Of a DNA stretch of 64,000 nt, positions 50,703 to 61,801 are shown piece after piece (within the stretch, counting starts at the first letter, position 1; each line of letters starts with the position of its first letter). Under the pieces are notes generated by a model that saw only the letters and a program-made list of their open reading frames with translations, had not been told where the DNA came from and ran no database searches. The DNA lies in the NCBI GenBank assembly GCA_963827655.1, contig CAWHCF010000046.1, positions 1-64,000 of the forward strand, written 5' to 3'. The stretch is from an uncultured Acidobacteriota bacterium. Lineage in GTDB: Bacteria > Acidobacteriota > UBA6911. The position numbers were made by a program, and so were the translations under genes.

Positions 50703-52677
50703 TCACTGTGGCAGGCCGATCCGCCGGAGCAGATCGAGATAGCGCGGGTCACCTCGGATGCTATCGTAAACGGGATCGACCTTGAGGTAGCCGAGGCGCT
50801 GGCGGCGCTCCTGATAGGCCTTCTCCAGCCATTCGAAAGCTTCATCGCGGCGGCCGACCTTCAAGCAGAGCCGCGCGATCAGCAGCGACTCGACGTACTC
50901 CTTTTGGGACCGTTCGATCAACTGCAGATGCCGCTTCTTCAGGACGCTCGCGTACCCTGACGTGGCGAAGACGCGTCCCAGCTCTTCCGCTTCCTGCTTG
51001 CGCCCTCGGTCGATCATGATCCCTTGCCATTCTGCGAGGGCTTCAGCATACATGGCCTTCTGCTCGTACGTGTTGGCCGCGGCGAAGCGAGCCGCGTAGA
51101 ACGTGGGGTCGATCTCGAGAGCCTTGCAGTACTGCGCGATCGCTTCGTCGTAGCGTCGGGCGACGTACAGGTTGTATCCGAGGACGTAGTTAATGATGAT
51201 CGAAAGCGGATCCAGTTCCTGCGCGAGCTTGGCCTCTGCCACGGCTTCATCTATACGTCCCACCATGGTCAGGTACTCGGAGTACCACTGGTGCGCGGTC
51301 GCATAGTTCGGGTTGAGTTCGAGAGCTCGTCTGAACTCCATTTCCGCCCCCGTCCAGTCCCATTCCAGATGGCGGATGGCGGCTAGCGTGGTGCGTGTTT
51401 CGGCAAGCGAATCGTCCAGTTCCAGGGCTTTCGTCGCCGCCGCGCGCGCCAGCGGGAGGGTCTGTTTCGCCGAGAGCGCGCTATAGGTCTCCAGCACTAT
51501 GTAGGCGTCGGCCAGACCGGAGTAGGCCGGGGCGTACCTCGGATCGTGCTGGATGGCCTGCTGGAAATATTCGATGCTCTTGCGAATCGTTTCCTCTCTC
51601 CGCTTGTTCCAGAAGAAACGCCCTTTCAGGTACGCTTCGTAGGCCGCCGGAGTGGTCGTCGCCGAGAGGCCCGGCGGGCCGCGGCGCGACGGCAGCAATT
51701 CCACCGCCAGGGATCCTGCGATGCGCCTGGCGACCTCGCTCTGAAGGGCCAGCACGTCGGCACCACCCCGTTCGTAGTGCTCGACCCAGAGCTGGGTCTG
51801 GTCACTGACCTGGATGAGCTTGGCCGTGATGCGCACGCGATCTTCGGCCCGGCGCACGCTCCCCTCGACGATGTAATCCAGGTCCAGCTCTTTACCGATC
51901 TGGCCGATACTTTTGTTGGTGCCGGCGTATTGCATGGCCGAGGTCCGCGCGATCACTGCCAGCCGGGGGTGCAGACGACCGAGCTGAGCTATCATTTCCT
52001 CGGTCAATCCCTCGCTGAGATATTCCTGCTCCGGATCTCCGCTCATGTTCTTGAACGGCAAGACCGCCAGCCTGATCCGGCTCGAAGTCGATGGGGGATC
52101 AGACTTCCACCGCACCCAGGCAACGTAGGAGAAATAGGCCAGCAATAGTCCTGCCCCCATCGCCGCAACAGTCATCCACGATCGTCGCGGGTGCGGCCAT
52201 CACCGAACCCGTCGCCGGCGTCGCCGGTGACTCAAGAGGCGAGGTCTGCGCAACAGGGCCCGGCTCGTTTTCAATCGCGGCTGGCGCTGCCGGACCCGGC
52301 AAAGGCAGCGGAGCCCTGGAAGCCTCGGCCTCCGGATCCTGCAGTTCCACGGGCGCGATGAAGCGGTAACCGCGCCGGGTGAGGGTCTCGACATAGCGCG
52401 GGCTGCCGGCGGACTCGCCCAACGCCTCGCGCAGCTTGCTCATGGCCGTGTTGAGACTGTTGTCGAAGTCTACGAACGTATCCTCGGGCCAGAGCCGCTC
52501 CCGAAGCTCCTTCCGGGTCACTACGTCGCCGCGCCGCTCCAGCAATATGGATAGAATCTGAAAGGGCTTTTCCTGCAGCCTGATCTTCAGACCCTGTTTT
52601 CTCAGCTCTCCCGTGCGGAGATCGACCTCATAAAGACCAAAACGCGCCACCCGGGGACTTTCAGAAGATTCGAGCAT
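50703..52677 (-). CDS. CadC/OmpR-type winged helix + TM + TolB-like domain + TPR regulator (frameshift ~52180)
   Basis: RFGLYEVDL..ELRKQG..LQEKPFQIL..YVETLTRRGYRF; LAVLPFKNMSGDPEQEYLSEGLTEEMI; AYEAYLKGRFFW and TPRs. Confidence 0.9.
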
Positions 52678-52915
52678 AGAGATCAAAGTAGAGGGAGTTT
52701 ATCATGCCGACGTCCCAATCAAGCCAGGGCAAGGCAAGCAATACCGCTGCTTAATCGATTTATTTCCAAGAGCTTGAGCGATACTCAAAATTTATTCTCC
52801 CGATATGTCCGGGTCGATTGACCGTTCCTGCCCCCGCCGTGACACTCAACCCACGCTATTGCGCACTTTTTGCGCTTATCTGCAGGGAAGCTATTTCCAC
52901 AGGGGGAAGTCTGCG

Positions 52916-55900
52916 ATGGTCGCTGGAAACAAGTTCAAGATTCCGCTCCGCACAGGGTTCGTTTTCTTCTTCATCGCAGCAATGGGCACACCCGATCTTC
53001 TTAGCTCAGGTGACCAGCGGGACTATTGCCGGCGTCGTCACCGACCAGACCGGCGCGGTAATAGCCGGGTCGACGGTGACGGTTCGGCACTCTCGAAACG
53101 AACGCAACCCGCACTGCGGTGACTGAAATCGATGGGCGATACACCTTCCCGGGTTTGCCAGTGGGACCCTATGAGCTTACCGTTGAGATGCCCGGTTTTG
53201 CAAGATATGTGCGAGCCGGAATTTTTCTTCTGCTCAACCAGGTGGCCTTGGTCAATCCTGAGCTGCGACCGGCGGGAGGGTCAGAGGTTGTCAGCGTAAC
53301 AGAAAACGCGCCTCTCCTGAACGCGACCACGGCGGAGGTAGGAGTGCGTTTTGATGAAAAACGCCTCACAGATCTCCCCGCCAGCGGTCAGTTCGGGCGA
53401 GGCGGCGGATTCAGGGATGTGTTTGGACACGCGCTCTCCGCTCCCGGGGTCAGCCAGCTCAATAGCGGCAACGTGGCACGGACCGCAGGGACCAATTTCT
53501 CGGTGAACGGAAGTCGTCTCTATGGCAACAACTTCATGATCGATGGCCAGGATTCAAACGAGCCGAGCGTCACAGGCCGCCACCAGGTGCTCAATAATCC
53601 AGACATCGTCCAGGAATTGCGCGTGGTTACCAACCAGTTCCTGGCCGAGCATGGACGCAATACGGGTTCGGTGGTCAGCGTGATAACCAAGAGCGGCACC
53701 AATGATCTTCACGGTTCGGCGTTCTGGTTCTACAACAGCAATGCGCTGAATACCCTCAGCAACCTGGAAAAGGCGGCTGGATTTACGGAGGCTCCCTTCA
53801 TCAACGAACATCAGTTTGGCGGAACCGCCGGAGGACCGATCAAGAAAGACAGCACTTTCCTGTTTGGCTCTCTTCAGCGCTGGACTATCCGGTCTCTCGG
53901 CTCAGGCAGAACCATAGCCGGGGTCCCGACCGAGGCGGGCAAGCAGATCATCCAACAACTCGCGGGCAGCCGGCCGCAGGTTCAGGCGCTGCTGAAATTT
54001 CTCCCGGCGGCGCAGAACACCCGCGGAACACCGGTTCCGCTCACGGTGTCAGGCGCATCGGCACAAATTCCCGTAGGTGACCTGACCAGTTCCACAGGGA
54101 TGGGCCAGGATAACTGGCAGTGGTCGGCCCGCATCGATCAGAATTTTCGCAAGCACCATCTGGGCGGACGTTACCTTTTCAGCGACCTTTTTCAGTTCGG
54201 CGCCGGTCAGGTTACGCCGCCGGGCAACACGCAGGTGACGACGTCACGGCCCCAGGCTGCGATGGCATTCCTCACCAGTTATCCGACCGCTCACGTATTG
54301 AACGATCTTCGCTTGTCATACCAGCGGCTCGGCACAACGACTACCGCCAGCGATCCTTCTTCGGGAGCCATCCCGGCGCTCGAGATCGCCCAGCTGGGTC
54401 TGGCGGAGTTCAATGCCTCCCCGACCCGCACCGGCATCGGTCTGGCAGCCAATTTACCCCAGTTCCGTTTCAACAATGTCTATCAGCTTCAAGACACGGT
54501 GTCGCTGACCTACGGCAACCACTCCATCAAGTTCGGCATCGACTTGCGGCGCATCGAAGTTAAGACGTTTTTCATTCCGCTCACTCGCGGGCGGCTGGCG
54601 TATGCCACGCTCCAGGACTTTGTGGACGACGTCCCCCTCGCAGCCGACATTAACAAGCCGTTCCCAGGCGGCACTCTGATCCAGTACTACAAGATGCACG
54701 ATTTCTTTTTCTTCGCGCAGGACACATGGAATGTCCGGCCCGGCTTCACAATCAATTATGGCCTGCGCTACGAGGCGCCCGGCAATACCCTTGCAAGCTT
54801 GTATGACGTGAACGACAGCGTCGTGCAAGCAAACGGCGGGAACGAAGTCTTCCGGCTTACTCCACGCCCGGAGCGAGACTTGAACAACTTCCAACCCCGC
54901 CTGGGTGTCAGCTGGAATCCTCGCGTTCGAGCCGATGGATGGCTTGGCCGTCTCACGGGCGGCGACAAGCTCGTGGTGCGTGGCGGATACGCCCGGACTC
55001 ATGACTACTCGTTCCTGAACGTAGCGTTGAACCTGACAACCGCCTTTCCGTTTCTGGGGTCTATCAGCGCCCCGGCGGGTCTGCCCAACCCCTATACTGC
55101 GCTCGCAAGCCTGCCGGTGAATCTGACAAACCCGGCTGCGCTCAACATGCTTACCCGCACAATCGTGGGGGAGGATTTTCGTTCTCCCCTTTCGGATCAA
55201 TTCAGCTTCGAGATTCAGCGCCAGCTCGCCTCCGATACCGTGTTGCGGTTCGGTTACGTTGGAACCAAGGGAACCGGGCTACTCCAGACAATAGACGGGA
55301 ACCCGCGCACGATCTGTTCCCCGATTTCAACCAATGCGGCCGGCACTCCGCTGGGCTGCCCCCGGCTCGATCCAAGCCGCGGCATCATTCGCCTGCGCGC
55401 CAATGCCGCTTCATCGATTTACCATTCAATGCAGGTCAGCATGGACAAGCGTTTCTCTCAAGGGTTCAGCGGCGGGGTCCATTACACCTGGAGTTCGTTT
55501 ATCGACGACGCGTCGGACATCTTCAATCCCTCGGCTTTCGGAGACGTCGCGGTTTCGCAGGATTCCTTCAACCGACGGGCGGACCGCGGCCGCTCGACCT
55601 TCGACCGCCCGCACCGTTTCGCCGCGAATTTCGTGTACGAACTTCATTTCTTCCGGAGCCAGGCAGGCGCTCTGGGCCGCCTCCTCGGTGGTTGGCAGAT
55701 CGCTTCCTTCCTGACTTTCCAGGGTGGATCGCCATTCACGCCTCTGAACGGAGCGGACCCGGCCCTGGCATTGCAGGGCATCTCGGGGTTGGTCGGCAAC
55801 GCCATTCGACCGAATCTGGCGACGACCCTCGACCTGTACGGAATGTCAGTCGAACAACTCTATCGCCTTCGCGGGCCGGTTACTCCCGCTGGCAATGCTT

Positions 55901-56211
55901 TGTTCAGCACCCTTCCCCCCTGTGCCCGAGTGGGAGATTCCAATAGCTGCCTTCCGGCCGGCCGGGTCGGCAACGCGGGGCGCAACATTCTTCGCAGCGA
56001 TGGCATCGGACAGGTAGACCTCGGCATTCTCAAGAGCGTGCGCATCAAGGAGTATCACCAGCTGCAATTTCGCGCTGATGTCTTCAATCTTTCGAACACA
56101 CGAAACTTCGGCATTCCGGATGCTTCGGCGAACAGTAACGGCTTCCTCAACCAGTGGGGGACCGATGGAGGCAACCGCCGGATATTCGCCTCGTTGCGTT
56201 ATGTGTTTTGA
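52916..56211 (+). CDS. TonB-dependent receptor (5' frameshifts near 52995 and 53095)
   Basis: LAQVTSGTIAGVVTDQTGAVI, EHQFGGTAGGP, FAQDTW, C-terminal RRIFASLRYVF. Confidence 0.92.
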
Positions 56212-56256
56212 GTGGCTTGATCGGATTGCGATTCAAGCCCTGCCGAAGCGTCAAAA

Positions 56257-56337
56257 CGTGGACGTTGACGTGCTCGTGCACGTGCTCGTGGTCGGTTGTT
56301 GCTCGCCCTTGGAGTGCGCAAGCTTGCTTGCGCCTTG
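56257..56337. repeat. CGTGnn hexamer tandem repeat plus REP-like palindrome
   Basis: CGTGGA CGTTGA CGTGCT CGTGCA CGTGCT CGTGGT; then GGAGTGCGCAAGCTTGCTTGCGC. Confidence 0.65.
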
Positions 56338-56424
56338 TTTCGCGGCAAATTTCAGAGCGCGACCAGTTGCCGACTCGGGCGGAAAAGATTGATCGAACTG
56401 CGGATTTCGTGGCACCAGGAGAAC

Positions 56425-59155
56425 CTAGTGGCGGCTACCCAGGAAGTTCTCCACCAGCATCAGGTCACTGGTCAGATGGTCCGCTTGTGGATAGAGGATC
56501 CAGCGCTCGTCGGGCGACACCGAGAACCCCCACATCACCGGTTTTGTAATGGACGCCAACTGGCTCGTCTTACCACTGGAGAAACTCAAGAAATCGATGG
56601 CAAACTGTCTTTCCCGGGGCCCAGGGATGAAGTAGATTCCATCCTTCACAACGACATAGTTGACTGCGTACACTGAATCCAAAACCTGGGTTTCCACACC
56701 ATCGGCTGAAATTCTCCACAGGCTCGAAACGGGTTCTTCAGGCTTCAAGAAATAGGTGTGCAAGCCGTCGGGTGATTCGACGGGGATCGAGCCTCCGTTC
56801 TTTGTCACCTGGACTGCATCGCCTCCCTGGGCCGGCATTTTCCACACCTGACGTTGGCCGGTACGGTTCGAATCGAAATAGATCCATTTACCGTCTCGCG
56901 ACCATCTCGGTGCTCTGTCGCCTGCCGGGTGGATGGTCAATCGCCGGGCTTTGCCTCCCTCGGCGCCGATGACATAGAGCTCAACCTGCCCCTCCTGATT
57001 GGCGGCGAAAGCGATCTGCTGGCCGTCCGGAGACCAGCAGGGACTGGTACAGTCCTCACCTGAAAATGACGTAAGCTGGAACGCGTTAGAACCGTCGTTG
57101 TCGCAGACCCAGATCTCGGAATGACCGGAGCGATAGGAGGCAAAGACGATCTTCTGGCCGTCGGGAGAGAATTGAGGGAAGTGGTCAACGAAACTTGAGG
57201 AAATAAATGGAGTGGCTGAACCGGCCTTCTGATCCGACCTGGATATCTGGATACGCCAGATGTTGGGGTCAAAGATGCGCTGAACGAACGCAAGATCTCC
57301 CTGGCGTGAAAGCGCCGGTGAAACAAGGTGGACGCCACCCCCGCCCAGAGGCAAGGGCTCGGGCCGTGTCCTTCCCGAGACTGGGACCTTCCACAAGCCG
57401 TAATGGTGCTGGCCGCCGGAGACAAACACGAGTTCGGATCCATCCGGCGTCCAGGCAGGGTAGGTGCTGTGCCGGTTTTCAAACGTGAGCCGCGTCGGTT
57501 CGGCGGTCGGGCTCAGCCCTCTGGAAAGAGCAAGCAAGTAGAAATCAGAGACTGTTGTCGCGATGAATCGGGCGAACGCCAGAGTTCGGCCGTCCGGGGA
57601 GAAGGCCGGGGCGTAGTCGGCGAGGTTAAACGTCGGGCACGAGGTGAGACGGCGTTTTTCGCCAGTCTCGACCGAGACCAGAAACAGCCCATGAGGTTCC
57701 TGCTCAGTGGGCTGGTCTGGCACAGCGAGCCATTGGCTATCTGGAGACCAGGCGAGGGTGGGCCACGGCATGCCCAATTGTGGGCGCCGGAATCCTCCCA
57801 AGCGGCGCTCTCTTCCCCCAACGGTGGAAATGATGAACGCGGCGAATTTGAAGTCGTTGTCCCGACGCAAGAAAGCGATCCAGCCGGCCGTCTGGAGACC
57901 AGACGGGACTGAATTCCTCGCCAGGGTGATTGGTCAAGCGAAGTCTCGATTCCGTCCCCACCTGTTTGATGTAAATGTCAAAATTATCCTGGTTCTCTCC
58001 ATTCCACGAAAATGCAACCTGCTTGCCGTCCGGGGAGAACGAAGGATATCGTTCAATGCCAGGGTAGCTGGTTAAAGGGACAATACGGAGGGATGACGGG
58101 GCGCCGGGTTCGGGGCTGCGACCCAGCCACAGCGCCAGTCCCAGACCCGCTAGAACTGCTGCCGCCACGCCGGCCCAAAGCCAGCGACGCGCCGGCGACG
58201 CCGCCTTCACAGCAGGTTTCTCCCGCCGGAGCTCCTCGTGCAAGTCCTGAAGCACCACTTTCAGGTCGGCAGCACTTTGAAAGCGGCGTTCCCGATCCTT
58301 CCGGAGACATCGTTCGAGAATAGGATCCAATTCCTTCGGTATCGCATGCCTAAGCTGACTGGGAGACTGGGGATCTTCCCGCAGGATCGCGGTCAGCGTT
58401 GCCAGGTGAGAATCTGCCTGAAAGGGGTGCCGGCCGGTCAGCAACTCGTACAACAGCGTTCCAAGGCTGAAAATATCCGACCGGGTATCAACCGGCTTTC
58501 CTTCAGCCTGCTCGGGAGACATGTACGAGACAGTTCCAAGAATCACTCCTGCCTCTGTTCCTAAAGTCTCCGTTGACGCGCCGTCCGTGCCAGATCCGGC
58601 AAGACCTGTCGCTAACCGCTTGGCCAGACCGAAGTCCAGCACCTTGACGACGCCCTGGGCGTTAACCATGATGTTCCCGGGCTTCAAATCGCGGTGTACG
58701 ACTCCCGCTGCATGAGCCGACGCCAAAGCACTGCAGATCTGGATGGCGTATTTCAAGGTTTCATCCAGCGAAAGCTTGCGGCCAGAGTGAAGCTCGGCCA
58801 GAGTCTGACCCTCCACGTACTCCATGACGACGAAGTCAACACCGTCCTCGTTGAGGATGTCGTGTACCACTACAATGTTGGGATGATTCAGGGCCGAAGC
58901 AGCTTTGGCTTCCCGCTGAAGTCTGCGCTTGCGCTCGGGGTCATTGACTAACTCCGGCGGGAGTACTTTCAGAGCAACGGTGCGGCCCAGGAGACTGTCC
59001 CGGGCCTGGTAGACCTTACCCATGCCGCCTTGGCCCAGCTCGGACAGAATCTGATAGTGGCCTACAGTGCGGCCGGTTAGGATTGCGTGCGGATTGTTCG
59101 AGTCTTGAGCGCTGCCGGTTTTCAATACCGCTCCGTTGAAGAATTCTTCAGCCAT
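56425..59155 (-). CDS. Hanks-type Ser/Thr protein kinase + TM + PD40 (TolB-like) propeller (frameshift ~57880)
   Basis: LGQGGMGKVY, VALKVL, HRDLKPGN, DFGLAK, YMSPEQ; repeated P.(F/W)SPDG. Confidence 0.93.
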
Positions 59156-59482
59156 TCGAGGGGATGACAACAGGGAGTCAATGCCGCCGATCTTCTGGAA
59201 CCCCTTCTCGGGTCCTGCGCCCCGCCAGGGCGCATTGGTTTGAATAGTCCGTCCCCGGTGGTTTCATCATCGGCTAGTGTCGGCTGTCCCTCTCGAGACA
59301 GATGTTGGGGCTCTGCAGACGTTCCCGATGTCTACTCCTGACTTCTCATGGCAGGATTGATCCATCAGAAGATGCTATCAACTCCGGCTCAGAGCCTTCG
59401 GGCCTCAGTGGCGAAGCTTGCTTCGCCCTTGCCCACGACCGTTACGAATCAGGCTATAGCGGTGAGGACGCTGATTCCCGGC

Positions 59483-61648
59483 TCATTCGGGGGCGGTCGA
59501 ACGATACCGCTGTACGATTTCCGCCGCAGACGCCGCTACGTCAATCTGCAGGGCGTCGCCCGCGCCGGCAATGCGATAAACACCCGCCGCCGGCTGGTAG
59601 GTTCTGTGTACCTCCTCGGGGTCGACGCGCCGGTGAAGCTGGTCCACGAAATTGAGCAGCAGGAGCCGACGCGGGGCAACCAGAGCCGCCACTTCCGGCA
59701 AATCGAAATCGCGCAATACACCGGGCACAAACGCGCCGAAGCGGTGGGTGTAAAGCTCGCTCTCGATGATGGCCGCATAGGAAAGAAGAGCGCCGGTAAC
59801 CGCCGCCGATTGAATCCGCTCGTCGAGCGCCGCGGCGTACAGAACCAGGAGTCCGCCCAGACCGTGGCCGGCTGCCGAAATCCGACGGCGGTCCACCTCT
59901 TTCCGACTTAGAAGATACTCTACGGCGCCGAGCACGTCGCGCGTTCGGAGTCCTACCAGGGTATTGCCGCCCCGCAGCGCTTCATAGAACCGTCCGACCT
60001 CCGCATCCCCTACGAAACCCCGGTAGTTGCGCTGCGTCGATGAAGAAGCCGGAGCCGTCTCTCCCAGACCCCGCGGGTCAATCGACAGGACCACGTGGCC
60101 GGCCTCGGCCAGCGGTCGCAGGTACTTTTCGGCCACCGCGCCGCTATTGCCTTCTTCATGCACGAAAACCATGCCAGGCGAGGGGCCTTGCCGTTTGGGC
60201 AACAACAGCAGCCCGGGAACGAAGATCTCGGGTTCACTGTAAAAGACAATCTTCTCCAGCGTGAAGGTCCCTTTGTCGGCGCGGGCCAGGATCCTGGGAT
60301 TCAACGGAGCCTGCGCCAGGACGCAGCCGATCTGGACTGCTACCGTCTTCTTGAGTTGCTCACGCCACTGCGCCCAGGCCTCCCGGGCGGCCGGCATCGG
60401 CTGCCGTTGAATCCGTCCTTCCGCCCGGTTCAGCGAGAAAACGGTTTCCCCGCCCAGCGCCGTGCGGACCTGGCCGGTAGTTGTGCAGTGGAGCGCCGCT
60501 TCCGGTTCCAGCGGGGCGGGCGCCTCGACCAGCGCCTCGGGGGCGGGTGTCTCGGAGCGCCACCAGCGACTGAGCCACTTGAAAGCCTCCTGCCGCATGT
60601 TTTCTCCGTAGCCATGCGGCCCTTCTGCAATCAGGAAGCGAGTCCGGTCGGCAGCGCCGAGGACCTGATATGCATTCGCCACTGCCTGGTGCCGCTGCTG
60701 CTTTGCCAGCACGCCGGCGCGCGCATCGCCTGTCGCCTCGATCATGAGAAGCGGCCGCGGTGCGATCAGAAGGTCAATGTCGACTATTCCCAAGCCGGGC
60801 GTTGTGGGCGTGTCCGGAGCGCAGCCTCCATAACAGACGGGAATCGAAACCTGAATCCGATCGTCGATGGCAGAAAGGACCTCGGTCTGCAGCCCCCCTC
60901 CCGACGTGCCCGTGCACGCGATCCGACGCCGGTCCACGTCACCGCGCTCCTCCAGATAATCAATCGCCCTCACCCCGTCCCACACCATTCGCTGGGCGAA
61001 GCTGCGCGGCGTGAGCAAGCTCTGCGCCCCCGCCAAGCCGTGCTCAATGGTGACGAAGAATGTCGAGCCACCTGGATCAATCAGCGAGCGTCCCATCACG
61101 GGGCTGTAGTACTGCAATCTTTCGCCCTGGCCGGGCGCATCATAGATCAACACAAGAAACCCGCGCCGGGCCAGGTAGATTCCGAGCCGCTGGTAATCCT
61201 CGAAAGCCTTTCCATCGCCCCAGTGCCCAACCGGACACACCACTGCGGGAAACGGAGGTTGGCTCCGTTGCGGCACATACACGTTGGCTGTTACGTAATA
61301 CCGCGGCAGGCTCTCGAAGATGATCTTCTCGATGGTGTAGCCGTCGCGTTTCAGCTTTCCCGTGGTAACGGCTCGCAGAGGCGTGCGCGCGGGAAACTCA
61401 CCCAATGCCTGGCGCAGCTTTTTCCGCGCTGCGCTCTGCTGCTGCTCCACATCGGCACTGGTCTTGAGCGCCGCAATCGCTTTTTCGCGGTCGGTCCCGC
61501 TCTGCGCCGCCAGCTTGCGCAGATAGTTCGACAGCATCTGATCGGCGTTTTCGAACCCGGCTTGTCCGTAAAGAACATTCCATTCCGGGTGGAGATCCGA
61601 CTGGGCCAATGCGGCGAGGGGAAAAAGAAGCAACAGGGTCTTCAGCAT
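59483..61648 (-). CDS. Secreted duplicated alpha/beta-hydrolase (acetylxylan esterase-like)
   Basis: CPVGH, DAPGQGER, nucleophile GTSGGG; second domain IDPRGLGE with degenerate GHGLGG. Confidence 0.85.
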   Translation of the reverse strand: MLKTLLLLFPLAALAQSDLHPEWNVLYGQAGFENADQMLSNYLRKLAAQSGTDREKAIAALKTSADVEQQQSAARKKLRQALGEFPARTPLRAVTTGKLKRDGYTIEKIIFESLPRYYVTANVYVPQRSQPPFPAVVCPVGHWGDGKAFEDYQRLGIYLARRGFLVLIYDAPGQGERLQYYSPVMGRSLIDPGGSTFFVTIEHGLAGAQSLLTPRSFAQRMVWDGVRAIDYLEERGDVDRRRIACTGTSGGGLQTEVLSAIDDRIQVSIPVCYGGCAPDTPTTPGLGIVDIDLLIAPRPLLMIEATGDARAGVLAKQQRHQAVANAYQVLGAADRTRFLIAEGPHGYGENMRQEAFKWLSRWWRSETPAPEALVEAPAPLEPEAALHCTTTGQVRTALGGETVFSLNRAEGRIQRQPMPAAREAWAQWREQLKKTVAVQIGCVLAQAPLNPRILARADKGTFTLEKIVFYSEPEIFVPGLLLLPKRQGPSPGMVFVHEEGNSGAVAEKYLRPLAEAGHVVLSIDPRGLGETAPASSSTQRNYRGFVGDAEVGRFYEALRGGNTLVGLRTRDVLGAVEYLLSRKEVDRRRISAAGHGLGGLLVLYAAALDERIQSAAVTGALLSYAAIIESELYTHRFGAFVPGVLRDFDLPEVAALVAPRRLLLLNFVDQLHRRVDPEEVHRTYQPAAGVYRIAGAGDALQIDVAASAAEIVQRYRSTAPE

Positions 61649-61801
61649 CGGATTGAAAGGTTGCCGCGCCACGATCGTGCTCGCTCGTCAAGAAAAAGGA
61701 GAGGTAGCGGGTCGGAAAATAGCACAGGTTGGGTGTCAAAGTCTGTAAAGATTCTTGGTGTTTCTTTGTGTCTTTGTGCCCTAGGGGTATTTGTTTCCGC
61801 T

